The notes under the pieces: model-generated
Databases searched by the model: none
What the model saw: only the letters and a program-made list of their open reading frames with translations
What the model was told of the DNA's origin: nothing
Program-made: the position numbers and the translations under genes
Assembly (NCBI GenBank): GCA_965203325.1
Contig: OZ241875.1
Span: 3,040,001 to 3,104,000 of the forward strand
Source: a bacterium
GTDB lineage: Bacteria > UBA8248
Length of the DNA: 64,000 nt
Direction of reading: 5' to 3'
In this document: piece after piece, positions 1 through 10,614 of the stretch
How positions within the stretch are numbered: position 1 is the stretch's first letter
How the letters are laid out: every line of letters starts with the position of its first letter

Positions 1-316
1 GACCGCGTCCATCGCGCCCGTGGCCATGATGCCGAGCGTCTCGTCGTAGTCCGCATTGTAGGTGAAAAAGCCCTTACTGCGTAGCGGTCTGCGCCCGTAG
101 AGATGCTCTCCACATTCAAGGGGAAGAAAATGCACACCAGTTACATACTCCCCTGAATCCTCCTCTTTATCTCCATTGCATTCCGTGATTCACACGGATT
201 AAAATGCGCACGTCATCGAGGGGGCGTCGCCTGAGTATTTCCGGTTGTTTCGGATGGTCGGTTCGCGGCGCCGTGAGTCGATATGTCCCGCGAGGTTTCC
301 ATAGAGGACACAGAGC

Positions 317-2476
317 ATGTCGCGCCTGGCCGAAGATGAATCCTCCGCCATCACCGTCGAGCCGATACTCGATCCGCGTAGCCGCTACCTGAATCGCGAG
401 CTTTCCTGGCTCTTCTTCAACTGGCGCGTGCTCGCCGAGGCGAGCAATCTCCGCCATCCCGTGCTGGAACGGCTGCGCTTCCTCTCGATATCGGCGAGCA
501 ACCTCGATGAGTTCTTCATGGTGCGCCTGGCGGGCCTCAAGGGCCAGGTGGCCAACGGCGTGACCCAGAAGAGTCTCGATGGGCGCACGCCCGCCGAGCA
601 GTTGCTCGAAGTCGCCCGGGAGAGCGCGCGCCTCATTAGCGAGCAGGAGGCCGTGTGGCGGCGCCTGCAGGTTGAACTCGCCGAGGCCGGCATCTCGGTG
701 GTCGCGAAGGAAGATTTGAACCCGGAGGAAGTCGACTGGCTCGGAAACTATTTCCTGAAACAGGTCTTTCCCGTACTGACGCCCCTGGCCATCGACCCGG
801 CGCATCCGTTTCCCTTCATCGCCAATCGGGGCTTCTGCCTCGCGCTGGAACTCGAAGCCGTCAAGGGCGCGCGGAAGATGCGGGCGCTGGTGCCGCTGCC
901 CGACCAGGTGCACCGTTTCATCCGCATTCCGGGTGAGGAGATCCGCTTCATCGCGCTGGAGAATCTGGTGCGCCTGTTCATCGATCAGCTCTTCCCCGGC
1001 TACCGGATCGCCGGCAGCGGCGTGTTCCGGCTGATCCGCGACAGCGACATCGAATACGAAGAAGAGGCCGAAGACCTCGTCCTGTTGTTCGAAACCATGC
1101 TGCGCCGCCGGAGGCTCGGCGGCGTGGTGCGCCTGAACCTGAGCGCCGACATGCCGGACTCGCTGCGGGACTTGGTGATTGAAGAGTTCGACGCCCAGCC
1201 CGAGGACATCGTGGAGTTGACCGGCACGATCGGCATGTCGCAACTCGGCGAACTGATTGATTGCGGGCGGGAGGACCTGATATTCCCGGCCTATCGGGCG
1301 CGCTTTCCCGAGCGCATTCGCGAGTACGACAACGATTGCTTCGCGGCAATCCGCCACAAGGACATCGTCGTCCATCACCCCTATGAGAGTTTCGACGTGG
1401 TGGTGCAGTTTCTCGATCAGGCGGCGGCGGACCCGAACGTGCTGGCGATCAAGCAGACGCTCTACCGCACGACCGACGAGTCGCCCATCGTCAAGGCGCT
1501 CATCGCGGCGGCGGAGTCGGGCAAATCGGTCACCGCGCTGGTCGAGCTCAAGGCGCGCTTCGACGAGGAGACGAACCTCAAGCTCTCGCGTTCTTTAGAG
1601 CGCGCAGGCGTCCACGTGGTCTACGGCTTCATGAAGCTCAAGACCCACGCCAAGGTCACCTGCGTGGTGCGGCGCGAGGGCGAAGATCTGCGCAGCTACG
1701 TGCATTTCGGCACGGGCAACTATCACCCGATCACCGCGCGGATTTACACCGACCTCTCGTTTTTCACCTGCGACGAACGGCTCGCCCACGACGCCGCGCA
1801 GGTCTTCAACCTCACCACCGGCTATGCGCTGCCGAGCAGCTTCGAGCGCGTCGCCGTGGCGCCTTCAGGCCTTAGAAAATCCGTGCTGGCGATGATTGAC
1901 GAGGAGATCGCCAACGCCGAGGCCGGGAGGCCGGCCGGGGTCTGGGCGAAGATGAACTCGCTCGTCGACGGGACGGTCATCGACAAGCTCTACCAGGCGA
2001 GCGCCGCGGGCGTTCAGGTCGACTTGGTGGTGCGCGGCATCTGCTGCCTGCGTCCGGGCGTGCCGGGCCTGTCCGAGAACATCCGGGTCAAGAGCATCAT
2101 CGGGCGTTTTCTCGAACACTCGCGCATCGTGTGTTTCGCCAACGGCCACCCGCTGCCCTCGCCTCATGCGAAGGTTTTCATTACCTCGGCCGACTGGATG
2201 CCGCGCAACTTCGATCGCCGCTGCGAGGTGCTGGTGCCGATTGAAAACGAGACGGTGCACCGGCAGGTGCTCGATCAGATCATGGTGGCGAATTTCAAGG
2301 ACGATACCCAAAGCTGGAACATGGCCGGCGACGGCGGTTACGAGCGCGCGCCGCTCGGGGAAGAAGATTTCACGGCGCACACCTATTTCATGACGAATCC
2401 GAGTCTGTCTGGTCGCGGAAGCGCACTCAGACGGGCCGGCGGCCCGGCGAGGTTGCGTATTGCGGAAGACGGCTGA
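317..2476 (+). CDS. ppk1: Polyphosphate kinase 1
   Basis: 719 aa; [36 protein letters not shown] motifs. Confidence 0.97.
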   Translation: MSRLAEDESSAITVEPILDPRSRYLNRELSWLFFNWRVLAEASNLRHPVLERLRFLSISASNLDEFFMVRLAGLKGQVANGVTQKSLDGRTPAEQLLEVARESARLISEQEAVWRRLQVELAEAGISVVAKEDLNPEEVDWLGNYFLKQVFPVLTPLAIDPAHPFPFIANRGFCLALELEAVKGARKMRALVPLPDQVHRFIRIPGEEIRFIALENLVRLFIDQLFPGYRIAGSGVFRLIRDSDIEYEEEAEDLVLLFETMLRRRRLGGVVRLNLSADMPDSLRDLVIEEFDAQPEDIVELTGTIGMSQLGELIDCGREDLIFPAYRARFPERIREYDNDCFAAIRHKDIVVHHPYESFDVVVQFLDQAAADPNVLAIKQTLYRTTDESPIVKALIAAAESGKSVTALVELKARFDEETNLKLSRSLERAGVHVVYGFMKLKTHAKVTCVVRREGEDLRSYVHFGTGNYHPITARIYTDLSFFTCDERLAHDAAQVFNLTTGYALPSSFERVAVAPSGLRKSVLAMIDEEIANAEAGRPAGVWAKMNSLVDGTVIDKLYQASAAGVQVDLVVRGICCLRPGVPGLSENIRVKSIIGRFLEHSRIVCFANGHPLPSPHAKVFITSADWMPRNFDRRCEVLVPIENETVHRQVLDQIMVANFKDDTQSWNMAGDGGYERAPLGEEDFTAHTYFMTNPSLSGRGSALRRAGGPARLRIAEDG

Positions 2477-3980
2477 ACGTCCATGCCTCGCCGAAGAGGC
2501 GACCGGCTCTCAAGAACGTTATGGCGTAATCGACATTGGCTCCAACTCGATCCGTCTGGTCGTGTTCGAGGGATTGTCGCGCGCGCCGCTCCCCATGTTC
2601 AACGAAAGAATCCTGTGCGGCCTGGGCCGCGGTTTGCACGACACCGGGCGGCTCGACCCGCAGGGGGTCGAGGGGGCGCTCCTGAACATCGAGCGGTTCG
2701 GCAACCTGTTGCGCGCGATGGGGGTGGCGCGCTTCGACGCCATCGCCACCGCGGCGGTGCGCGACGCCGGGGACGGGGCCGGGTTCGTCGCAGAAGTGGA
2801 GCGGCGGTGCGGTTTCCGCGTGCGCGTCCTCTCGGGTGCCGAAGAAGCCGAAATGGCGGCGCTCGGCGTGTTGAGCGGGATACCGGGGGCGGACGGCGTC
2901 GTGGGCGATTTGGGCGGCGGCAGCCTCGAACTGGTTCATCTGGTCGATGGCGTCATCGCCGAGCAGGCCACCCTGCCCCTGGGGCCGCTCAACCTCTTCG
3001 CCGCCTCGGTCGGCCAGCGCAAGCGCGCGCGGAAGATCATCGATGAGGCTCTGGCCGAGTTATCCTGGCTCGCGAAAATGCGGGGGCGCGCTTTCTACGC
3101 CGTCGGCGGCAACTGGCGCGCCCTGGCGCACGCCCACATGGCGCATTCGGGCTATCCGCTCAACATCATCCACCACTACCGGCTGCGCCGGGGCGACCTC
3201 GCGAAAATCGCCGAACTGGTCTCCCGCCAGAGTCGCGAGTCGCTCGCGGGCATTCGGGGCGTTTCGAGCAGGCGGCTCGATTTGCTGCCGCTCGCCGCAC
3301 TGGTGATGGAGCGGTTGTTGGCCGCCGCCACGCCGCGCGACGTTGTTTTCTCCGCGGATGGGCTGCGCGAGGGGCTCGCCTATGCCCGCCTGGGGGAGCG
3401 GAGCGGGAATGAGGATCCACTGCTCAGCGCGGTGGGCGACATTCATGCCCGCACCGCCCGTTTTAGCGAGCACGCCCCGGAACTGCTCGAGTGGACGGAT
3501 GACATTTTTCCCGAAGAAAAGGCGTCCGAGCGCCGCCTGCGCCACGCCGTCTGCCTGCTCGGCGACGTCGGCTGGCGGGTGCACCCCGACTACCGGGCCG
3601 CCCAGGCCAGCGCGGAGGTGCTGCATGCGCGCACCCTGCACGTCAATCACCAGGAGCGGGTGTTTCTCGCCCTGGCCGTCTTCAGCCGTTATACGGGCCG
3701 CCAGACCGATGGAGAGTTGCGCACCGTCGAGAGGCTGCTGGACGAGGAAACGGCCGGTCGCGCGCGCATCATGGGCTCGGCCGTTCGCCTGGGCGAAACC
3801 TTGTGCGGCGGCGCGCCCGGGGTGCTGGGGCGCTTTTCGCTCAAGCCGTCCCTGCGTCGGGGCGCGCTCAAGCTCAAGTGCCGCCGGAGTGACCAGAATA
3901 TGCTGGGCGAGGTCGTCGTGCGCCGCTTCGAGGCCCTGGCCGCTCTGATGGGGCTGGCGCCCGAGGTGCGCTTTGATTGA
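2460..3980 (+). CDS. ppx: Exopolyphosphatase, Ppx/GppA family (start codon uncertain)
   Basis: [32 protein letters not shown] motifs; overlaps the ppk1 end. Confidence 0.93.
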   Translation: MRKTAERPCLAEEATGSQERYGVIDIGSNSIRLVVFEGLSRAPLPMFNERILCGLGRGLHDTGRLDPQGVEGALLNIERFGNLLRAMGVARFDAIATAAVRDAGDGAGFVAEVERRCGFRVRVLSGAEEAEMAALGVLSGIPGADGVVGDLGGGSLELVHLVDGVIAEQATLPLGPLNLFAASVGQRKRARKIIDEALAELSWLAKMRGRAFYAVGGNWRALAHAHMAHSGYPLNIIHHYRLRRGDLAKIAELVSRQSRESLAGIRGVSSRRLDLLPLAALVMERLLAAATPRDVVFSADGLREGLAYARLGERSGNEDPLLSAVGDIHARTARFSEHAPELLEWTDDIFPEEKASERRLRHAVCLLGDVGWRVHPDYRAAQASAEVLHARTLHVNHQERVFLALAVFSRYTGRQTDGELRTVERLLDEETAGRARIMGSAVRLGETLCGGAPGVLGRFSLKPSLRRGALKLKCRRSDQNMLGEVVVRRFEALAALMGLAPEVRFD

Positions 3981-4022
3981 TCAGGAAGACGCGTGATGAC
4001 TAGGCAACCGATCGGGTGTTTT

Positions 4023-5006
4023 TCAGGATGGCCGGTCTGTCCGATCTATTGGCGGACCCTGGATAATCCCTAACTCTTGTAAGGCCCGCACCGCTCGAAG
4101 GACGGTCGTATCCCTTTCCTCGATGAGTTCTTCTCGCGACCGCCCTCCGTAGTCGCGCCACCCCTTTCCGGTGGAGAGCCCCAGTTCGCCTCGCTCGATC
4201 TGCTTCAATAACAACGTAGGGGGCTTGAACTTGGGGTCGCTTTCAGCCTTGTAGAGGTTCTCGAAAACGTTCAGCGTGATGTCGGCGTCGTGGAGGAGGT
4301 CGTTCCATTCGAACGGCCCCTTGCAGGCCAGGCGGATTCCGAAGCCGTGCCGGACGGCCTCGTCCACGTCCCCGGGCGTGGTGAGTCCGCGCTCCACCAG
4401 GCTGACGGCTTCGTTCAGCATGGCGTACTGGAGGCGGTTCACGATATAGCCTGCGACGTCCTGGCAGGTGACGGGCGACTTGCCGATCTTCCTCAAAAAC
4501 GCGAGGAGCGTGGCATGGACCTCCTCGCTCGTGGCGGGGCCGAGAACCACTTCCACGAGTGGGAGAATGTGCGGGGGGTTCGCCCAGTGCGCGCCGATTA
4601 CGCGGCCGGGGTCGGAAACGGCATCGGCGATATCCGCCACGCGGAGCGATGAGGTGGTCGTGGCGAGCACGGCTTCGGGCGGGGCGTGCTCGTCCAGTTC
4701 CTGGAAGACGCCTTGTTTGACGCCCAGGTCTTCATATACCGCCTCGAAGACGAAGTCGGCCTGCGCCGCCGCTTCCTCCAGGCTTGCGGCGAGAGATACG
4801 CGCCCGGCGAGCGGGGAGGGAATCTCCTCGGGTGCGAGGCCGTATTCGCGCAGGATGCGCAGGTCGCCCTCCATCCACTCCAGGGCGGATTCGAGCCGGG
4901 CCGGGTCCTTGTCCGTCAGGGCCACGCTCGCGCCGGTGATCGCGCAATGAAGCGCAATGCCGTGGCCCATCATGCCGGCCCCCACCACCGCTACCCGGGA
5001 ATCCAC
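4023..5006 (-). CDS. 3-hydroxyacyl-CoA dehydrogenase family protein
   Basis: GAGMMGHG Rossmann motif, EAVYEDL, HWANPP, GYIVNRLQ; AAGGAGG RBS before the GTG. Confidence 0.9.
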   Translation of the reverse strand: MDSRVAVVGAGMMGHGIALHCAITGASVALTDKDPARLESALEWMEGDLRILREYGLAPEEIPSPLAGRVSLAASLEEAAAQADFVFEAVYEDLGVKQGVFQELDEHAPPEAVLATTTSSLRVADIADAVSDPGRVIGAHWANPPHILPLVEVVLGPATSEEVHATLLAFLRKIGKSPVTCQDVAGYIVNRLQYAMLNEAVSLVERGLTTPGDVDEAVRHGFGIRLACKGPFEWNDLLHDADITLNVFENLYKAESDPKFKPPTLLLKQIERGELGLSTGKGWRDYGGRSREELIEERDTTVLRAVRALQELGIIQGPPIDRTDRPS

Positions 5007-5394
5007 GAAGCGCCTCCTTTCGCCGGTTGTTCATCGAGTCCGAAAGCCTAGCACCCCCATGCCTGAGTGAAAACATGGGAGAGGTGCTCGAAACTCTCCC
5101 GGACAATGGGCCACTAAAGCGGTGGCATCGGATTCGGTCGCGCTTGCGTGGGGAACCTCCCGTATCTTACTATGGGTTCATACATTCAACGTCATATTTG
5201 GTCCATCATTCTTTCCTCGTTGCAGCTTTCCTCGTTGTGGAGGGCTACCGATGGACACGGAATGCGCGTTGTTTTCATTTGCAATTCCCCGCCTTCGCTT
5301 TCCCCGACCCCATTTCGCAGCGTTTCCTCCGGTCGAGCGGCGTCAAAATCCGCTCGCCGGTCGTTCTTTCCATCCCCAAAAGGAGGTACGGATC

Positions 5395-6396
5395 ATGCGT
5401 AACAGACTCCGGCGTCTCCTCCACGTCCGTGGAGCCGCCCTGACAGGCCTGGTGACCATGTCCCTCGCAGGCGTCCTTTTGAGTTCCGCGCCCGTAGAAG
5501 CCGCCAAGGTGTATCTCAACTTCGCGGGCAGCCGGCCCGGCGGCGGCTGGTTCTACATGGCGGGCGGCCTCTCGCCCATCCTGACCCGCGGGATTAAAAA
5601 CCTCAACGTGGTGGCGGAATCCACACAGGGCGACGTGGAGAACGTACGCCGCATGGCCACGGGGGATCTGGACATGGCCATCGTCCACGCGCCGACCATG
5701 GCGGAGGCGTATCTCGGCGTCAGGTCCTTCAAGGGAAAGAAACCGGCCAAGGACATCCGTGTGCTCATGAAATTCTACGACAGCCCCTTCGGGGTGCTCA
5801 CGCTCCAGAAATCGGGCATCAAGACTTTTGATGATCTGAAGGGCAAGACCATCGCCGGCGGCCCGGCCGGCAGCGGGAGCATCAAGAACTTCAAGATGGC
5901 CTTACAGGCCTTCGGTCTGCTGGACACGGTGAAGATCAAGTATCTGACCTACGCCGATGAGACCAACGCCATGATCGACGGCACGCTCGACGCCGCGGCC
6001 CAGAACGGGTTGCACTCGGCCTGGACCCTCTCGCTGGATGCGCAGCGGCCCCTCCGACTCGTGCGCATGAGCGAGGCGCAGCGCAAGTTGTTCATCAAGA
6101 CGTATGCGGGGTTCTGGCCCGGCACCTACGATCCGACGAAGGTGTTCAAGACCATCAAGGAGCCTTACCCCACGATCTGGAACACGGTCTTCTGGGTGGC
6201 GAACAAGCGCGTACCGGAGAAGATCGCCTACGACATCGTCAAGACGGTCTTCACCCCCAAGGTCAAGAAGGTGCTGCCCAAGATCCACAGGCTGATGCGC
6301 GGGATAGACGCCGGGGTGGAGGAGGCGAAAAAGTCCGGGTTGCCGATGCATCCGGGAGCGGCCCGGTATTGGCGTGAGAAGGGAATGAAGAAGTAA
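5395..6396 (+). CDS. TAXI-family TRAP transporter solute-binding protein
   Basis: AAGGAGG RBS then ATG at 5395; signal peptide; GGGWF, GPAGSGS, PMHPGAARYW motifs. Confidence 0.9.
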   Translation: MRNRLRRLLHVRGAALTGLVTMSLAGVLLSSAPVEAAKVYLNFAGSRPGGGWFYMAGGLSPILTRGIKNLNVVAESTQGDVENVRRMATGDLDMAIVHAPTMAEAYLGVRSFKGKKPAKDIRVLMKFYDSPFGVLTLQKSGIKTFDDLKGKTIAGGPAGSGSIKNFKMALQAFGLLDTVKIKYLTYADETNAMIDGTLDAAAQNGLHSAWTLSLDAQRPLRLVRMSEAQRKLFIKTYAGFWPGTYDPTKVFKTIKEPYPTIWNTVFWVANKRVPEKIAYDIVKTVFTPKVKKVLPKIHRLMRGIDAGVEEAKKSGLPMHPGAARYWREKGMKK

Positions 6397-6418
6397 ACCG
6401 CAAAGCCGGGAGCTTGGT

Positions 6419-6457
6419 CCGGGTCCTGCGGCCTTATCCTTTCGCCGCAGGACCCGG
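6419..6457 (+). terminator. Intercistronic 14-bp stem-loop after the SBP gene (attenuator or mRNA stabiliser)
   Basis: CCGGGTCCTGCGGC (6419-6432) is the reverse complement of GCCGCAGGACCCGG (6444-6457). Confidence 0.6.
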
Positions 6458-6483
6458 CCTCCCCCTCGCCGAGGAGTGATTCG

Positions 6484-8358
6484 ATGGCTCGTCAACCAGG
6501 GCTGCCCCAGACGAGGCGGCTCGATGGAGCGATGCGTTACGTTATGGTGGCCGTCGCCGTCGTGTTCTCCCTTTTCTACATCTATACGGGAACTTTCGGG
6601 ATTTTCTCGACGCACAGCCACCGGGGGTTCTACCTGATCTTCACCGGCATCCTCCTCTTCCTCCTCTACCCGGCGGGCGCCTCCTCTCCCCAGACCCGGC
6701 CCAGCGCCGTCGACTGGTTCCTCATCGCGCTCACGGTCTTCGCCGCCTATTACTGGATCTGGGACACGCCCTACCGCGCGGAGCGCATGGGCGAACCCAC
6801 GGCGATGGACATGGTCATCGGCGGCATGCTGATCGTCGTCTCCCTCGAGATGGGCAGAAGGGTGCTGGGAAACGTGTTGCCGGTCCTGGCGCTGATCTTC
6901 ATCGTGTACGCCTACGTGGGGCCTTGGCTTCCGGACACCGTCTTCGCCCACAAGGGATTCTCCGCCCAGCGCATACTGGAGTTCATGGCTTCGGAGGTGG
7001 CGGTGTTCGGCGTCGTCATCAACGCATATGCGTCCTACGTATTCTTGTTCATCGCCTTCGCCGCCTTCCTGGAAGCGGCGGGCGGCGGAGAGTTCCTGGT
7101 TCAGTTCGCCAATGCCCTGGCCGGCAGAAGCCGGGGCGGGCCGGCCAAGGTGGCGGTCATCTCCAGCGGATTCGTGGGTTCCATGATGGGCAGCGGCGTC
7201 GCCAACGTGGTGGCCACGGGGTCGTTCACCATCCCGCTGATGAAGCGCACGGGCTACCGGCCCCATATTGCAGGCGCGGTGGAGGCGGCCGCCTCCACGG
7301 GGGGGCAGTTCATGCCGCCCATCATGGGAGCGGCGGCGTTCATTATCGCCGCCATCACGGAGATTCCCTATGTGAACGTCATCGCGGTCGCCACAGTCCC
7401 CGCCGTGGTTTATTTCCTGTCGGTCCTTTTCTTCGTTCATATCGAGGCGGCCAAGGAGGGCATCCGCCTGGTTCCGGCCGAAGAGGTGCCCTCACTCAAG
7501 AGCGTTCTCAAGAGCGGGGGCCACCTCCTCCTGCCCGCCTTCCTCATGGTGTTCGTGCTCATCCAGGGGCACTCTCCCAACCTGGCCGCCGTGGTCGCCA
7601 TCTATTCCATCGTCGTGGTGAGTTTCCTTCGTCGCGAGACGCGCCTGACGCCCCAGCGTCTTCTGGACGCCCTTGTGCTGGGAGCGCGGAATTCACTGGT
7701 GGTGGGCGCCACGGCGGGCGTGGTGGGCCTGATGATCGGGGCCATCATGCTGACCGGGCTGGGGATCAAGTTCAGCGATTTCATCATCAACGCCACGGGC
7801 GGCTACCTGTTCCTCACCCTCACGCTCGTGGGCGTCGTCTGCTATATCCTGGGGATGGGCATGACGGTGGTGGCCGCCTACGTCGTGGTCTCCGTCATCG
7901 CTGTGCCCGCACTGCAGCAACTCGGCGTTCCGCTTCTGGCCTCCCACCTCGTCGTCTTCTGGTTCATCCTCACCTCGGGCGTCACCCCGCCCGTGGCGCT
8001 GGCCGCCTTCGCGGCGTCGGGCATCGCGCAATCGGACGTGAACCAGACGGCATACGCGGCACTGCGCATGTCGCTCGCGCTCCTCATCACGCCATTCCTT
8101 TTCGCCTACACGAACCTCCTGGAGGTGGGCAACTTTTGGCCCATGCTGCTGACGGCCGTCAGCGTCACGCTCGGTTTTCTGGCCATGGTCGGCGCCTTGC
8201 AGGGGTATCTGCTGGCGTCTGTCTCCACGGGACTCCGCGCCCTGCTGGGAGTGTCCGCCGTACTCCTTTTCATGCCTTCGCTGCTTCTACGCGCGCTGGG
8301 ATTCCTGGGTCTGGCGGGCGTACTGGTTTCCCAGAAATGGGCCGGAAGCCAGGATTGA
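6484..8358 (+). CDS. TRAP transporter fused permease (4TM/12TM)
   Basis: GGPAKVAV, TGSFTIPLMK, ASTGGQFMPPIMG, TPPVALAAF motifs. Confidence 0.93.
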   Translation: MARQPGLPQTRRLDGAMRYVMVAVAVVFSLFYIYTGTFGIFSTHSHRGFYLIFTGILLFLLYPAGASSPQTRPSAVDWFLIALTVFAAYYWIWDTPYRAERMGEPTAMDMVIGGMLIVVSLEMGRRVLGNVLPVLALIFIVYAYVGPWLPDTVFAHKGFSAQRILEFMASEVAVFGVVINAYASYVFLFIAFAAFLEAAGGGEFLVQFANALAGRSRGGPAKVAVISSGFVGSMMGSGVANVVATGSFTIPLMKRTGYRPHIAGAVEAAASTGGQFMPPIMGAAAFIIAAITEIPYVNVIAVATVPAVVYFLSVLFFVHIEAAKEGIRLVPAEEVPSLKSVLKSGGHLLLPAFLMVFVLIQGHSPNLAAVVAIYSIVVVSFLRRETRLTPQRLLDALVLGARNSLVVGATAGVVGLMIGAIMLTGLGIKFSDFIINATGGYLFLTLTLVGVVCYILGMGMTVVAAYVVVSVIAVPALQQLGVPLLASHLVVFWFILTSGVTPPVALAAFAASGIAQSDVNQTAYAALRMSLALLITPFLFAYTNLLEVGNFWPMLLTAVSVTLGFLAMVGALQGYLLASVSTGLRALLGVSAVLLFMPSLLLRALGFLGLAGVLVSQKWAGSQD

Positions 8359-8530
8359 GACGAAAAATCCTTGCGGTAAGTGAGGTATTGCGCCCCCGAT
8401 TGCATTTCATTTCCGCTCGGCTAAAATAGCCGGTTACCGATAGTTCGACAGATCAGCGCTCCGGCGCGGAAATCCCCGCTTACGAAGCCGCAGAACCCGG
8501 CGGCGGAAACGTCAAGAAGGAGAACAAGAC

Positions 8531-9484
8531 ATGGTGGAACGCAGAAGCTATTCGGGAATCCTGCCCGCGATGCAGGTTCCCATGCTGGACAACATGGATA
8601 TCGACGAGGCCGAACTTCGCCGCTTCTCCGGGTGGCTGGCCGGATTCGAGGGGGTGAACGGACTCGTCACCAACGGCCACACGGGCGAGGTATTCTCGTT
8701 CACGGCGCGTGAGCGCGCCGAGGTAACGCGGATCGTCGTCGACGCCGTCGGCGGGAGCGTGCCGGTCATCTCGGGCCTTGCATGCGAGGGCATCCGCGAC
8801 GGTATCGAGCACGCCGAGATGGCCCGGGAAGCCGGTGCCGACGGGCTGCTCGTGATGCCGTTTCATCACTGGCTGCGCTTCGGTCATCGTCCGCAGCACG
8901 TCATCGACTACTTCACGGCAGTCGGCGAGGCGTCCGACCTGAACCTGGTGGTGCACGTCTATCCCGCGTGGACGAAGGCGAGCTACAGTTCCGAGCTTCT
9001 GGGCGAACTCGGCCGGATTCCCTGGGTGACCTGCTTCAAGGTCGGCACGCGCGAGATGTCGCAATACGCGCGCGACATCGCCTCCATCCGCGAGAACGCG
9101 CCCGACACGACGATCCTCACCTGTCACGACGAATATCTCCTCGCCTCGATGGTGCAGGGCGTGGACGGCGCGCTCGTCGGGTTCGCCTCGTTCATCCCCG
9201 ACCTCATCGTGGCGCTCTACGAGGCCGTCAAGGCGGGCGACCTGCGCCGCGCGCAGGAGATACAGGCGCGGATTCTGCCGCTCAAGGAAGTCGTCTATTC
9301 GAGCGGCGAGCCCTCAGGGGAGGCCCACGCGCGCATGAAGACGGCGATGGTGCTCGCCGGGCGCTTCAAGTCGGCGGTCGTGCGCCCCCCGAGCGAGGTT
9401 GCCAGGGGACGCACGTTCGAGGCGATCAAAAGCGCCGTGGAGGAATCGGGCCTGCTGGAACTCGAAGGCGCGACAACCGGATAG
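8531..9484 (+). CDS. Dihydrodipicolinate synthase (DapA/NanA) family aldolase/lyase
   Basis: NGHTGE, AGADGLLVMP, VHVY and FKVG (Schiff-base Lys position). Confidence 0.85.
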   Translation: MVERRSYSGILPAMQVPMLDNMDIDEAELRRFSGWLAGFEGVNGLVTNGHTGEVFSFTARERAEVTRIVVDAVGGSVPVISGLACEGIRDGIEHAEMAREAGADGLLVMPFHHWLRFGHRPQHVIDYFTAVGEASDLNLVVHVYPAWTKASYSSELLGELGRIPWVTCFKVGTREMSQYARDIASIRENAPDTTILTCHDEYLLASMVQGVDGALVGFASFIPDLIVALYEAVKAGDLRRAQEIQARILPLKEVVYSSGEPSGEAHARMKTAMVLAGRFKSAVVRPPSEVARGRTFEAIKSAVEESGLLELEGATTG

Positions 9485-9526
9485 ACATTCATCTCTCAAG
9501 GAGAAACCAACGAGGGGAGGGAACCC

Positions 9527-10540
9527 ATGCTCAAGAATAGAATGCGCTTCAAGGGTTTGACGCTCGGCCTTTTGCTGGCCGCCCTGATAACGGGCGCAGG
9601 CCCTGCGGCATACGCCGCCGATTCGTTCAGCATCGGCGCGATGCGGCCCGGCTCTGCCTGGTACGTCTTCGGCGCCACGCTGGCGCAACTGCTCAAGCCC
9701 AGCCTGCCCAAGGGCAGCAACCCCGAGGTCATCGCGCGCGGCGGCGGCGTGAGCAACCCCGCCGCCGTGGACAAGAAAAAGGCGACCATCGCGCTCTCGA
9801 ACGTGGCCTCAGCACTTTGGGCCTACAACGGACTCAAGGGCGTGTACAAGCAAAAGCACGAGGGCATTCGCGCGCTCATCGGCGGGCTGAACAAGGTGCG
9901 CGTCACCGCCATGGTGACCGAGAGCTACATCAAGCGCACGGGCAACGACACGCTCGAGAAGGCGCTGCTCTCCAAGCCGCCCGCGCGCATCGTCATGAAG
10001 CCGGCGGGCAGCACCGTGCCCGTCGTCGCCGACATGCTGATGGCTGCGCTTGGCACCAGCCGCAAGGACATGAAGGCGCGAGGGGGCAAGATCATCCAGG
10101 TGGCCGCGAACCAGATTCCGGCGATCATCAAGGACGGCCGCGCGGACCTCTACTTCGAGGTCGCCATCCCCAGGCACCCGACGGTGACGGAAGTCACGAC
10201 CACCAACGCGATGCGCTTCCTGAGCTTTCCGCCCAAGGCGCTCAAGGCCCTCGCCGCTAATGGCTTGAGGACGGCGGCCGTGCCGGGCAAGTGGTTCAAG
10301 GGCATCAAGGGCAAGGTGCTGGCGGTCGACCTCGGCACCGTGCTCATCGCGCACAAGGACATGCCGGATTCACTCGCCTACACCATCACGAAGACGTTGG
10401 CTGAGAACAAGAAGGCCATGGGCAAGGCCCACGCGGCTTGGAGATTCTTCAAGCCCAAGAACGGCGGCAAACCAGCCAGCGTCGGGGTGCCGCTGCATCC
10501 GGGCGCGGCGAAGTATTTCAAGGAAAAAGGCTGGCTGTAG
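9527..10540 (+). CDS. TAXI-family TRAP solute-binding protein
   Basis: Signal peptide; PGSAWY; C-terminal PLHPGAAKYFKE. Confidence 0.88.
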   Translation: MLKNRMRFKGLTLGLLLAALITGAGPAAYAADSFSIGAMRPGSAWYVFGATLAQLLKPSLPKGSNPEVIARGGGVSNPAAVDKKKATIALSNVASALWAYNGLKGVYKQKHEGIRALIGGLNKVRVTAMVTESYIKRTGNDTLEKALLSKPPARIVMKPAGSTVPVVADMLMAALGTSRKDMKARGGKIIQVAANQIPAIIKDGRADLYFEVAIPRHPTVTEVTTTNAMRFLSFPPKALKALAANGLRTAAVPGKWFKGIKGKVLAVDLGTVLIAHKDMPDSLAYTITKTLAENKKAMGKAHAAWRFFKPKNGGKPASVGVPLHPGAAKYFKEKGWL

Positions 10541-10550
10541 ACCGACCACG

Positions 10551-10591
10551 ACGGGGCGGAGGACAGAGAGTTTCGTCTTCCGCCCCGTTTT
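10551..10591 (+). terminator. Stem-loop with T-tail after the SBP gene
   Basis: ACGGGGCGGAGGAC ... GTCTTCCGCCCCGT followed by TTT. Confidence 0.6.
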
Positions 10592-10614
10592 CTCGCATCG
10601 GGGTTTCATGAGCC

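Noticed and set aside
1..135. Minus-strand frame ...FFTYNADYDETLGIMATGAMDAV running off the window edge
   Set aside because: It looks like a dehydrogenase C-terminal fragment, but it is too short and truncated to call
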